DNA from: Adineta vaga
Lineage: Eukaryota > Animalia > Rotifera
Assembly (NCBI GenBank): GCA_021613535.1
Contig: CP075495.1
Coordinates: 12,090,001 to 12,154,000, forward strand
Direction of reading: 5' to 3'
DNA: 64,000 nt
The notes under the pieces were generated by a model, which saw nothing but the letters and a program-made list of their open reading frames with translations, was not told the origin of the DNA and searched no databases. This document shows, piece after piece, positions 13,801 through 27,817 of the stretch. Within the stretch, counting starts at the first letter, position 1, and each line of letters starts with the position of its first letter. The translations under genes and the position numbers were made by a program.

Positions 13801-15438
13801 TTTGACATACATCGATTCTGCATATCCAAATACAATAAACAACGAAATGAAAGGAGAGTCATCATCATCAAAAAAACTGATTAATTTTGAAAAACATCGA
13901 AAACAATTTGAAATAATTGCTCAAATCAAATTATTTCAATCAGCTGCTAATGCCTATACTGATCTTCGATCGTTACCACGCTTTAAAGCTTGGTTTGATA
14001 GCGTTCGGATTTATACCGATACGGAAAGGTAAATAATGAATGTTGTTTGAATAAATAATTATTTGACAATGGATTTCTTTTAGTTGGGATTTATCATATG
14101 GAATTGAACCAAAAGAAACAACTGATAATGCTCAAAATCAAGAACAATTTTTTAAAACTTATGGATGTCAACCACTCAAAGCGTATGTTTATAATTACTT
14201 GAAAAGAAAGGATTTTATTTTGTCTAAATCTTTAGTCTTGTTCAACGATTTCCATCACAAGTATCATTAGATTCGTTAGGTACATCGAATAATACAAATA
14301 GTGGCACAACTGAATCTACCATTGTATCAAATGGTTCATTAAGATCGACACCATCATCAACATCACTTGATAAAATGAGTATCACATCAAATAATTCTCT
14401 TCGTCAACAACAATTAGTAAAAACTATACAAGTAAGAAATACATTTGCTAATTTATTGTTTTGTTTTAAAAGAATTACTTTAGGCTCCTTATGTAAATCA
14501 TTCACGTTCATCATCTGTTTCCAGTTTATTAACATCATCCAATGGTAGTACAAGTCAAGGGTATGTTTCAGCAACAGCTTCACCAACAATTAGTGCTAAT
14601 AATTGTTTTTCAAGTTTAAATGACAATGAAACAGTTATTGCTAAAGTTCAATTTGCTGGAAAAAATGAACTTCTATACAAAAAAGTTCGCGTAAGTTATA
14701 TGTAATAAAACATTCCTATGAGTTCTCATCTCATATTTTGTAATGACTCTACTTTATTGGCATAATCAACTCATTTAAGTGTCGTATCGACTGACATTAT
14801 TTACTTAATCAATAGAGCAATAGCATACTTTATAAATTACTATTTTTCATTTATAAAATGTCTATAAAATACATGAGAATAGAATAAATGTCTTATGCGT
14901 TCAAATAAGTTTTTTCTCACTTCATTATTGACAATATCCTATTGATGACAAATATATTTACGGAAATGAATTTTTCAACATCTCGGAAATGTTGAAATCG
15001 TTTGTAAAAGAAGCACTTTACTTTTTTTTTCTAATTTGCAAATATAATCAAAGTTTTCATTTTTAGATCAAAAATGATGAACGAACTACAAGTGTATTAA
15101 AAACTATATTGGAAAAATTTGGTTTTGATCCAGCGGCTTATGAACGTTATTGTATCGAACAAAGATTACCGGGTCGAAGTAAATATATACTTTTTTTATT
15201 GCATTCTTTTGGTAAAATAAAACTAATTAATTGTCTTTCTTCTTTAGAAATTCTCATACTCGATCATTGTAATGTTTTCTATGCACTTGCTCGTCCATCG
15301 AACGATGGACAAGTTGAATTAATTGTTCGTGAAAAAACTCAACAAGAACGTGAACAAAAAAGTAATGGTCTACTAACTTGTACTGGTCATAATCGCACAC
15401 CCAGTGGATTAAGTATATCTTCCACTCATAGTCGTTAA
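10816..15438 (+). CDS. RalGDS/RGL-like Ras-family GEF (REM, CDC25 GEF, C-terminal RA domain)
   Basis: QLIGEERQDDVVFKIYLKRV (RalGDS N-terminal motif), LKAGTLEKIIEYL (REM), IAEQLTIVD, KWIDVAHQCRRLKNFSSL, GTVPYLGIYLSDLTYID, LINFEKHRKQFE, and an RA-like LYKKVRIKNDERTTSVLKTILEKF. The start codon is ambiguous among three candidate first exons. Confidence 0.88.
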
Positions 15439-16653
15439 AAAAATATAATCAAAACAACGAAGAAAATCATCTATTTTGTATATAGAAATAATCTTCGAAT
15501 TTCTTTTTTTTTTCTATTTCGCTACAGTGAACTTTTAAACATAATACATATATATTTCTGTGTGTGTGTGTGTGTTTGAAAATATTTTTTATTGGCTTTG
15601 TCGAATCTCTTTCTATTACTTCATCTTCTTCTCTTTCTGTTGTTGGTCACTTTCATACCGATAATACTTTCATTCCATATTTTGTGAACAAATACAGAGC
15701 TACTTTTTATTTCTATATTTCTATATGTATGATTTTAGCTATTGAATATGTCTTCTTTTTTTTTATATGAGGGGTTAATAGACTTTGTTATATGTAACTT
15801 TTTTCTTTCTCTCTCTTCTTAATCTCTGGAATGTGTTTATTGGAAAAGAAAAGAAGAAGATTTTAGAATCATTGATTCATTGGCAAGAAAAATAAAGGGA
15901 AAGAGAAAAAGGAAAGAAGAAAAAAGAAAAGGGTATGTTATATGTTGGTGTACCATGTGAAATAAACAAAGAAAAAGAAGAAGAGAAAAAAAATGTATAT
16001 ATATATATATAAAGACTGTTCTAGCCTTGCTGAGCTGTCAGTTTTATATCTCTATAGAAAGAGATAAGGATTCATTTAACATTCGAAATTGTGTTTCTGA
16101 TATTTGTGTGACAAGACGTTTTTTTTCATAGGACAAAAATAACAAGAAGAAAAATTACATTCATATAATAGGTGCGTATATTAGTGAAAATATTATTTCA
16201 AAACAAAGACTTATCTTGTTTTTATTAGACGTAGTTACATTTCTTTATCATTCGAAGAGAGATGAAAGAGTACAAAATTAATCAGAAGAGCTCATTGTAA
16301 TTTCTTTGTTAGATATAAATAAGAACTACTAAAAAACCTTATATAATCTGCCTTCTATTTTCGGTTTCCTACGTCAATATCTTGTGTATTACTACAGTCA
16401 CACTCGTGATAATCCACCTATATCCTTTTTTATTTCTTATTATAATATCATGCTATATCAATGAATAGGTCAACACGGACACATGATTGTATACAGTATA
16501 TAAATATATACTAGCAGCATGCTTTCTATACATTCATATACGATGATCTTTTAGTTTTTGAATATCTGATCAATTGAGAAATTCTGTTCTTTTCTTTTAA
16601 GAATGATTTAACCTTGTAATCTTCTTCATTTAGTTTTAAGTGAAAGAATAAAT

Positions 16654-18118
16654 ATGTCAACCAATAATCGTACGCTTAAATCGACAGCGAAAAAAGAGAC
16701 ACGTGAATCTTTTGACAATAATTCTCCACATCAATTATCTGTTCATGCTCGACAAGGTCGTAATAAATTATTATCTGAATCAATTTTACCATTACTTCTC
16801 TGTCTTGCCTGTCCGTTTTTTGTTCGATCGATTGTATTTATCAATACGCATTGTCATGGATCTACTATTGAATTTTTCCGACGTCTTTTATTTGATCAAA
16901 CAATGACCTTGAAATACATCTTAGAACATTTCTTCTATTTCAAATGGCATTGGCCATCTGCAATAATTATTATCAGTTTTTTATCATATGCCATTATTAT
17001 GACTATTCTATTACCTGGTAAACAATATAAAGGACCTGTTACAGATACAGGACATGTACCAATTTATCAAGACAATGGATTTTGTTATTATATTGTTTCA
17101 TTAATTCTATTTGCTATGCTAACAATTCTATTGAAATTCAATCATTTATCGCCAACATATATTTACGATCATTGGGAAGAGTTTCTATCAACTGTTAGTA
17201 CATTTGCTTTCTTATTATGTTTTCTCGTTATGATTAAAGGTAAATATATGCCATCGACAAATGATCATCGATCATCATCAAATTGGTTAACAGATTTTTA
17301 TCGTGGTGTTGAATTATATCCAAGAATATTCGATGTTGATGTGAAACTTATTACAAATTGTCGATATGGTATGTTAGCTTGGGCACTTCTAACAGTTATT
17401 TTCTGCATGAAAACATTTGAACTTCATGGTTTTATCGATAGTGCTTTTATAACTTGTGTTTTAACACTTGTTTATCTAACAAAATTTTTCTGGTGGGAAT
17501 CAGGTAAGATTCATGTTGAATAATTTCACTAAATAGTACAGAAAAAATCTATTGATAGGTTATATGAAAACAATGGATATTATTGTTGATCGTGCTGGAT
17601 TTTATCTTTGTTGGGGTTGTCTTGTGTGGGTATCTGGTATATATACACTTCCATCCTATTTTCTTGTTACACATCCAAATCAACTTGGATGGTTGTTAAC
17701 ATCAATTGTATTATCATTAGGTCTCATTTCGATTTACATTAATTATGATTGTGATCGACAAAAACTACAAGTTCGATCAACAGAAGGTAAATGTTTAGTA
17801 TGGGGTAAACAAGTCAATACTATTCGTGCGAATTATCGTTTATTGAACGGTAAAGAACATGAAAGCATCTTATTAGTATCAGGTTATTGGGCAATATCGA
17901 GACATTTTCATTATATACCTGAATTAACATTAGCTTTTCTTTGGACATGTCCATGTGGTTTTCAACATCTTCTACCATATTTCTATGTCATTATTTTATT
18001 TATATTATTAATGCATCGTGCACATCGTGATGATCAAAAATGTCGATTAAAATACGGTCATGCATGGGATAAGTATTGTCGTTTAGTGCCATTTAAAGTA
18101 TGGCCTGGAATCTATTAA
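16654..18118 (+). CDS. DHCR7: Sterol delta7-reductase (7-dehydrocholesterol reductase, ERG4/ERG24 family), DWF5-like type
   Basis: Two exons (16654-17503, 17559-18118). Motifs FYRGVELYPRI, TNCRYGM, TMDIIVDRAGFYLCWGCLVW, LLVSGYWAISRHFHYIPE, HRAHRDDQKCRLKYGHAWDKYCRLVP; multiple TM segments. Confidence 0.92.
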
Positions 18119-18314
18119 TTTCAAGTCGAGAATGAACTTTTTATTTCTGTTAATAATCTTATCTTTTACTTTTGTGAAACTAACAAAACAAAAAAAGAAT
18201 AATCATCGAAAAACACCGATGTTTTATTGTTATAATCATATTTGAACTGAAAATAAATCGATTGATGTTGCTTTTCTATGTCAATATATAAAATAACAAT
18301 AAAATATTTTCCAA

Positions 18315-19580
18315 TTATGATGCAATACGATGTCTTGCACGATAAACATCTAATGGACTTAATTCTTCACCACTAATTTTACATTTGAGAGGATTGGGTG
18401 GGACTGATAATGATAAAGATAGAGGTGCACGTAAACGTGCAAGATCAGTATGTACAATAAATAAGCGATTTTTTAAACGATTATAGAGTGAAATATCAAA
18501 AGCTTGACGACGTGCTTCGGAATAAAATTTTCGAAGAAATAATCGATCTGTCATTGTCATATATTCGAAATCAGCACGAGTCATTAAATGAAATGCATAA
18601 AACGACATTGCTGTACCGAAAGCAATAAAATATGAAATTGGTTCAACAATATCCCATGAGTAAACATCCCAAGTTAATTCAGCAAGTATACCAACTTGAA
18701 AGGACATGCCTGCTAAACCATACCATATACAACGAGAGATATAACGTTGACATATATTCGCTATTTGATCTTTAACCTAAAAGAAACAGTTTATTAATAA
18801 CTCTCATTTGAATAATAACATTAGGTTTCTTCTTATATTACAACTTTCTATATTACATTGTAGATTAAATTCTCATTAATGTGTTACTGTATGGCATATA
18901 TAATGATTTCTATCTAAATTTTTTATTATTAGATGAAAGAGATCAATTTGAGAGAAAGAAAAACAGACCAACTTACTTTTTCAAGTGGTTCTAATTGACC
19001 AGTTAAATCATTAGCTTCAACTTTTAATTCATGATATTTTTTATGATAGGTTCTCATGATATTTAAAGCATTATAAAGTGCACCGATTGTATCTTCTATC
19101 AATGGTCCATCAGTTCGATTTGTTCGTGAAAGATTTTCCCTAATTTGTAATTTATTAATTGGATCAAATAGAAATGTACGTTGTTTATTCAATTGTATTG
19201 TAAATGGAAAATTCAATAATGATTGAATTGCATAAGATTTTGCTAATAATTGACCTTTATTATCAAATATATTCACATGTTCAATACCGGTATCTTCTAA
19301 TTTAATTTCATCGATCAATTGACCAACTGTAGTTGTTTGTAAATTCAAATGAAATCGGCATGTTTCTTGACGAGATGGAAGTACTAATGATAGAATAAGA
19401 ATACTATCACCAAAGGTTAACGATGATTCTAAAATAAATAAGATTTCGTTTCGTTTTATTTTCTTTTCTTATTTGCTTCCTACCTGAAGTATTTGCTACA
19501 GATAGATTACGAAATAGTGTCTTCGATACAATTGTATTCACATTGATAAAGGAGCGTAAGAACATACTAAAAGGAGGCAT
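18315..19580 (-). CDS. MCU: Mitochondrial calcium uniporter pore subunit
   Basis: Three exons. N-terminal presequence-like MPPFSMFLRSF, LPSRQETCRF, coiled coil, and two TM helices flanking LTWDVYSWDIVEPISYF (WDxxEP selectivity filter). Confidence 0.92.
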
Positions 19581-21049
19581 GCTCTTAAGTTAAAAAGAAA
19601 AACAATAACAACAACGAATAATTAATATATATGAATGCCGTCGAACATATTTGTTTCTATATTCACATCATAATAAGTAATAAGCACTAGCGATTTTGTC
19701 AAAATATTTTTACATCACTATGTTAAAAGGAAAAAAAACTTTTTTGTTAAATAAGTTTCTTTTTCTTTCTTTCTTTCTTTCTTTTGCTTACATTTGCTGT
19801 CCAAATCGAATAATGTTATAGTACTAATAATAGTTGAGAGGAGGTGCAACGCATAGAAAATGAAACGAGAGAAAAAGAAGAAGAAGAGAAAAAAGAATCG
19901 CTTGTCCCATTTATTTTTCCTCTCTGTCTTTCTCTATTTCGCACGTCTTCCCAAATTTTGCGTCGACACGACTGTTATGAATTAGTTTTTCGCTTCGAAT
20001 GATGATTGTAACTGGCACACAAAAATACCAACCGTCCTTTCATATCACATATATCATTTATATAGGGATTATGTCGTTCTGAAATAAATCATTTTTGCTT
20101 CTCATCAACAGTTGTCTCTATCTAAATCAGCAAGTTATCTGTTTAAGACATAATACTTCCATTTTTTCATCTCTTCAAAAATAGATTAACGCGGATAATT
20201 ATTCTGAAGAAGCAGGAAAAGAAAAAAGCCAGATGTAATCTTCTTTTCTTTCTTTTCAATAAATACATCATTAGTGTATTTATGGACAATAAACGATATA
20301 TACATACAAACAAAATTGAATGAAAATCATTACCATCGATTTGTGTAGTAGTTGTCTGCAACACGGAGCATGTATATTTACACATAGGATTCTTGTTGTC
20401 AAATCTGATAGAACAATATGATTAAGAATATGGAAAAGATAAATTAATCAGTCAGTTTTTATTCTTTTGAATTGATCAGCATAATTTCAATTAATATTAC
20501 AATGATTATCAAGGGCAATTGAAGAATTATTTTTATTGATCTTGATTATTTGAATAATTTTGTCGTATTCTAGGATCCTCGCACGATGCTCAATCTCAAT
20601 GAGTAAATGTAATTTACATGTGCTCTTCCGGATGACAAATGATTAGTCTCATTCAGTTGGAAGTTTTCTCTCTTTCTTTTTTCATGCAAAGTATGATTAA
20701 TATCATAGAAGAGATTCAACAAACAGCGAACTAAAACATTTTTCTGATTTCAATCAGTAAATATATTATTCTACTAACCTTGTTTCTATAATCAAAGCAT
20801 ATCTCCAGATGTTGAATTTCATTGATCAATGCAACAATCATACTGAGAGCATCTCATGAGATTTAGCAAAGCAAACAATGTCCTTGTGTTCATTTGAGTA
20901 AACATATATAACAATATATAAATGTATTCATATTAATGAATAAACGATTTATTTTATCACTAGAGATATATATATGTACATAGACAGAGACATAGATAGA
21001 TTTAAGATAAATGTCAAAATGAATACAAAATAAAAGAAAACTTATTAGA

Positions 21050-24000
21050 TCAGTCTAGATTAGATAAGGATTCATCACCTAGTTGTTGTTGTTGTTGTTG
21101 ATTAGTGTTATTCTCATGTGTTGAATCAAAATTATCTATACCTGATGAGCTTGAACCAGGTACGATCGTATACGGTAATAGAACATTATTTGTTGCTTGA
21201 CTACCTGTATCAATAACGAGTTGTGCCTAGTAGAACAAGAAGAGAAAACAATGTTCTATTGATTTATATAACAAAACAAAAATAAGAAAATACCTGTGGC
21301 GATGAGTCATCATCATTATCATCATACATGCCAGGTGGTGTTGTTGTACGAGATGTTGATGATGATCCTGGAAAATTCATTCCAGATCGTTGTTCATTTA
21401 GACCTGGTAAATCTGATGAAGGCATATAGAGTAAATCCGATGAAGAATTTTCATTAGATGGAGGTTTTTTAAGAATTGATCGTGGTTGTTGAGAAAAATT
21501 TGGTAATGGTGTATGACTATTTGTCAATGCTGTTACATTTGGTGGTGTAACAGTTGTTCGACCACGTGGTGGTTGTTGTTGTGACCATGAAGAACGTGGT
21601 CGAGTTTGATGAAAACGTGATGGTTGTTGAGTCGGTGGTGATTGCCAACTACCGATTTGAGATGGAGGTGGTGGACGAACTCCTAAAAATTGTATGAATA
21701 GATTTATGAATTGATTATTCTTTAAAAGTATTACCTGGTGTTGGTAACAATGGCGTTTTTGATAGAACAGGACTTGAATCTAGGAAGCAAAAAAAATAAA
21801 AAGAGAATGAATATTTTTCGCATCTATATTTCAATTAAAATAAAATAACATACTGTTATTGATAGTACCAGGTTCAGTCTTTATTTTCGCCGTTACTTCT
21901 TGTGATGATGATTTTCTTGGAATACGAAATAATGGTGGAACAATTGGTGTTGGCGCTGCTAATGAATTATTGATTGTTCCTGTTGATGATGGACTTGAAA
22001 GTTTAGAAGCCAGAAGTGGTGGTGATGTCACATGAGGTTTATTTGTATTAGCTCCAGTAGGCATCGAACGAGCACGATGTTTCAAGACTTCTTTCACTGC
22101 AGTTGAAATACTATTCGGTGTTGCTGTTGTTGCTGTTGTTGCCGATCCAGTAGTAGATGTTGTTGAAGAAGATTGTTCTTGTCCAGAATAAACTTTACTT
22201 CGTTGAATTTTCAAAACAATAGGTGGTTGAGGTGGAACTGATCGCGGTTGTAATGATGTTGATGTTGGAAGAGTTGATGATGGATTTGACAACGATGATG
22301 ATGGACGTGGTCGTTCACTAGAAATTTTCAAATAGAAGATATGAGTCAATGAAGATTATTAGTAAGAAATTAAGAAAGAATTTGTTACCGTGGCGATTGT
22401 TGTATACCATCGGTGAGTGACATCATTGAATTAGGATCTGAATTCATTTGTGACATATCAAGGCTTTCGCTTTTAATTAAAACAGATGGTGATGATCCAC
22501 CTGATGAATTGCTCGTTGGTAATTTTCTTATTGTTGATGACATAGATCCACTAAGATTTCCCATCGATTGTTGGTGTTGTAATTGCTTGTTTTTACGTTG
22601 TTTCATTGATTGTTGTTGTTGAGATTCATCATTTGAGGAATTTCCACCATCATTAACACGTTTTATAACGACTTTCAATGGTTTTAATTCATTTGATGTG
22701 TCATCAGGTGACGTAATGGACTGTTGAGAATGTAAAGTCGTTGATGGAACATCTGTTAATTTAAATGCTGACTTTTGTCGAGCAAACTGTTGTTGTTGTT
22801 GTGCAGTTTTATCAGCTGGTTTTTTACCTCGTTTGGCACTGTTAGAATCATTACTTGTTGTCATTAGTTTTGTTGCATGCATGGGCGATCGATTATCTGA
22901 ATAATGACAAAATTATAAACTAATAAATATATTTGTTCTATCTAACTTCTCGAAATTGTCTCAAAACGATTCTTACCATTCGGATTGTTATTCGATGTTT
23001 GAATGAAATCTTCATTTGATTGTTCTGATCTTCTTCGTTTCTTCTTGTGTGCTGCTTTATTATTCGGTTCTGTTGGTGGCATAAGACTCGATGATGTACT
23101 TCCACTTGTTGGTAAGAAAACTAATGAATCAAGTGGTATAAATGTAATTGATGGACTAACTGGATTATAATCCGGTACAGACACTTGTTTTCCTAATGGA
23201 AAAAAAATATTTCCATTTGGATTATTTGATCCACCTGGATAAGGTGTTGATGGTGATAATCCAGGGATTGGTGGTGTTGAAACTGATTGCGTTGATGAAA
23301 CAGATCCACAACGACTTAATACCGATGGATGAAAACTTAATGATGGTTTCGGTAACAATGGTTGGTGATAGTGATGTTGAATCGTTTGTTGTTCAGGTGA
23401 TTCAATGAATGGATCGTTATCTTCTTGAAAATCTCCTGATGATATATCACGATTAGATTGATCATCTGCAAGTAATTGTTCATCATTTAGTTTTTCGGAA
23501 ATATTATCGACTGATGTTAATGTTAAACAAACAGGTTGATTTCGACGAAGTGTTGTAGCTCTTCGCCATACAGGTTTTGCTGGTGGACCACATGATAAAC
23601 GTCGATTAAATTTCGGTACACTATTTGATTGATTTAATTGTTCAGGAAATTTACTTGTTGGTTTTAAATCATTAACATTTGTGGCAGATGTATATGGATT
23701 GATATTATCTTCTTTCAAAAGTTGTGGAATTAATTTCATCAATGCTTGTCTATCTTCAGTTAGTGGAATTTCTTTTTCCTGTTGTCGACATATTAATAAT
23801 GGTAAATTCATTTTATTGGACATTTGAAGTAAAAATGTTGCTAAATGATAAGATTGTGCACAAGTAATAGATAAAATTGATGAGGATAGAAATGATAATT
23901 CAAGTGATATATCTTGATTATCATCATCCATATGATCATGATCATAATCATTATTGAAATAATAATCTAAATATTTTGTTAAATACATTTGTTGAGCAAT

Positions 24001-25132
24001 TAAATTTAATATATGTAAAAGTTGTTTCACACTAGTAAATGGTATTTGATGAATTGATAGAGCTGTTTGATCATGTGAAATATACCATTGATATGGTAAT
24101 ATAGATTTCGATTTACATAAGATAGTTGAAAGATAATTACATGTTTCGGATTTCGATGGAAAACAATTGATATTCGTTAAACGATTGATTTCTTGAACAT
24201 ATGATGAAAGAAATTTGAATGATGATTGATTCGAATCGAATTCCAAAGCAAAATGACCTGTAGCAAGAAGATTAGATTTCAGGGATGCATCAAAATGAAC
24301 TGTATTGGTTTTTTCATCAATATGAATATTGGATTTAATTGGTAGATAATATTGATTTGTACTCGAAACTAATATTATACGAACATGATTTGGTAATAGA
24401 GAATTGCTAGTAACTAAAATAATAAAAACAAATAAATACTATTGGTGATTAATTCAAATAATTTACATACATTGATCATCAAATTGAATTCTCATCGGTA
24501 ATCCTTCACACATTGGTTGAAAACCTTTGAGTAATTTTTCATACATTTCTGTTTTTGCTAAACGTTCAAGATCTTGTTGAAGTATTGTATAAGCTGTATG
24601 ACCAATTCGTTTATCATTATTCATTGTTGGTGCAATTAATGTAAATAAACTTGCATAACCATTTAAATGTTCACGAAATAATTTATATTGTTTTTCATTT
24701 AATGCTTTTAACATACGTGAACAGACAAACCGTTCCTTCATTAGATTGTTGATCGTTTGTAAATGCGATCGAAACTTTTTCAGGTAAATGTGTGGATGAA
24801 TCAAAAATAATTTCTAAATAAAATTGTTCCGAATGAAGATAAACTATTCCATTATCATCTCGATAGGTTCGTAGTTGACAATATTCAGCTGCTAAATCTA
24901 ATTGTTCATTGATTTGATTGATTGTTATTGTTGGTGATGAAGAATCGATATCATACATATGATGAAGAAGTTTATCATAACATGTACGAATAAGTTGTTG
25001 GCTTGGTTGACCATCTTGTTGTTGATTTGAAGCAAATGATAAACGTTGTAAATCATTCCATGCAGGTGGTTGTGAAAGATAGAGACGTTCCATAGATGCA
25101 TTACTCAACATAATTAAAGACGAGGTTGCCAT
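21050..25132 (-). CDS. MED1: Mediator complex subunit 1 (with apparent frame break near 24727)
   Basis: The N-terminus follows the Med1 domain pattern (MERL...W...CYDKL...YLHSEQFYLEI...VSIA...C..MLKAL.EKQYKLFREHLNGY..LF...LQQDL), followed by a long Ser/Pro/Gln-rich disordered tail with basic clusters. Last exon 21226-21050 (AQLVID...NLD*). Confidence 0.75.
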
Positions 25133-25341
25133 TGTAATTGATTTTTTGGTTATTCTTATCTCAAAAACAAATGCATAGAAAATAGAATCAATGTAAAAAC
25201 AAATCAGTATTAACTTAAATCAAATTTAATAGGAAAAAAATCTAGCTGTACATTTAATCGAAGAAAATAAATAACATTAAAAGAAAAAAGAAACATTTTG
25301 TTAGAATTACTGTCTTGTTTGGAAAGAATTAAGGTTTTTTT

Positions 25342-26643
25342 TTATGTTTTTAATTTAATAAGAACAATAACGGTAACGAGAACTGCAATAACGAGAAAAA
25401 CTAATAGAAGACAACAGAGTTTTTTTCGATATTTTTTCTAAAATAACAAAACAACAACATAAATGAATTTGTTTTTCATAACAAAACAAAATTCGTTTCA
25501 TTTACTTGATGTCTTGCCGCACTCGTCAATTGAGTATTACCAGCAATGAGATGATCATTTGCTGCGATTATTGTTTGTTCAACTCCAGCAATGATTGGAG
25601 ATTGTTCAGAAACAATAGCACCAATATCACGCATAATATGATTGATTTCAATAATATCCGTCTGAAATAGAGAAATGATCGATGAAAGATTGAAATTATT
25701 CATTGACTTACTTGAACAATTTGTACTTGTTCTTCAATTGCAAATTGTTCTTCATTTTGTCGAACTAATAAATCATTATTCATTTGCATTTGTCGTCTAA
25801 AACAATTTCAAAATCAAATAACAAAAACATAGAATGTTCTTCATTTACTGTAATTGTAATCGTTGATTAACATCATCTTCATTTAAATTCTAAATCAAAC
25901 AAAACTATCAGTTTGTATTCAAGATTTTGTTTTTCTTATGTAATTACATCATTTCCAAAATCAATCAATGTATCACGATTAGGATTGGGCATTTGTTGAC
26001 GTTTTTTACTAACATCCTAAATTTCAATTCATATTCATATAGAAATAATAACAATTGAATTTCAATTACCGTTACAACTTCTTCATAATGTTTTAATGCA
26101 TTATTCATAGCAGTTTTGACTTTTGTTATCATGTCTAAATCATTCTTTAAGAAAAAAACAAATTATTTTCTTAATAGATTTTATATATATATATATATAT
26201 ATTTACTCTTGATAATTCTTTCTTTCTTTTTGTCATTTCATCTGCTAATTCTTTCAATATAGATTTAGTTTTCATCGCAAGACCATGTAAACGTTGTTCA
26301 TCTTCATCTCTAAATGAAACAAGAACAGTGAATGATTTGTTCCAATATGTATTCGACAATTTCTCATACAATCGTTTGCGAAGTTCGACTGTATCTGATG
26401 CAGTTCCAAGTACTCGTGCTTTCTCAGACAAGTTTTTTACTAGAAATTAAAAAGAAAATGAGAAAATCAAGTTTTATTATTGATTAATATTTTATTTCTA
26501 TACCTTGTGTTTCAATTGCTTGAGCATGTCTCGTCCATGTATCTACTAGTTCATTGAAATGTGTGTAAGCTATACGGAAGAGAAAAAAGATAAATTATTC
26601 ACAAAAAAAATGAATATTACTAACTTGCTTGATATGTCGCCAT
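25342..26643 (-). CDS. Syntaxin-7/12-like Qa-SNARE
   Basis: LGTASDTVELRKRL (Habc helix), SNARE motif TDIIEINHIMRDIGAIVSEQSPIIAGVE with central Q, then KKYRKKLCC plus a C-terminal TM LLLVFLVIAVLVTVIVLI. Many small exons. Confidence 0.85.
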
Positions 26644-27817
26644 TGTTTTTGAAGTAAGTTAAAATTATAAAAGGGAAAGGAAAAATATAACATAAGTCTT
26701 GACCCTTTTCTTCTGTTCCTCCTTATTTTTTTTTCTTCTTCTGTCATAACATGAATCATATCGAACAAATAGGAGTGCTATCTGTAGAGGACGCTTGTTA
26801 TCACAATAGAATTCAATTGTTTAATTAAAATACAAGAATATATCAACATACTCCATTGATTATACATTATGAACCATGAAGTATAAATACAAGTGAAAGA
26901 TCTAGAATTGATTTTTTTTGAAAAGCAATTCCTCTTCTCGTCGCTCATCTTTGTCAGATGATTAGATACAATAAACAATCGTATCTATGTCAATCGTTTA
27001 TTTTAGTTTATGTCATCTTAGTATGGTTTTGAAACGTGACGGAATGTCAACAAAGAGTATTATTCATCTATGTTTTCAAGCTATTCAATATCTATTTTAA
27101 ATCTTGCAACTATATTCATATTGTAATTACTATAGGTAATGACTTTCTTTATTTGCTCTCTGATCGCAATTTGAACAAACGTTACTTGCATACGAATTAA
27201 AACATATAGAATATATGTGGAAAAAAAACAATCGTTATCTGTATGAAATATAAAAGTTCGAATTCCAAATCTGAATTTATTCATTCTATAATAGATAATA
27301 AAAGATTGGAAAAGTTCACTGAAGATAAGATAAGACCATACTTGTTTCAATTAGTCACATACATTCTTTCATATGCAATATGTCACTGTACTTATATATA
27401 CACTAAATTAGATCGGAATTAATACGAGAATTTATTTAAATAAGATTTAAGCGAATAACTTTCTTTTGGAATATCTATACAAAACATAATCAATCAATAT
27501 CACTGAAAAATAAATACTATTGATCTTTTCCTTAAAAACATACGTCTAATCTGATTAATCTATATGTCTGACTGTTTCAAAGATCTTTGTTTTCTTAGAT
27601 TGTACAATTGACATAAATTTGTAATTACTCTAATCATCGTGACTATGTTCAGAAAATTCATTAAGCCATCTACCGAAAATTATATAGATTTGGATTGGTT
27701 CACATTAGCAACGAATACTATATAAAATAACTCATTCGTTTTTGTCTGATGAAGATTAACTTAACTGAGTGAGTGATTCTTTTCTTAGACATCTTTTCAA
27801 TTGTTTCAAAAAAATAC

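Noticed and set aside
18630-18665. MCU filter reads DIVE rather than DIME
   Set aside because: The W, D, E and P positions are intact, and variation at this position is common.
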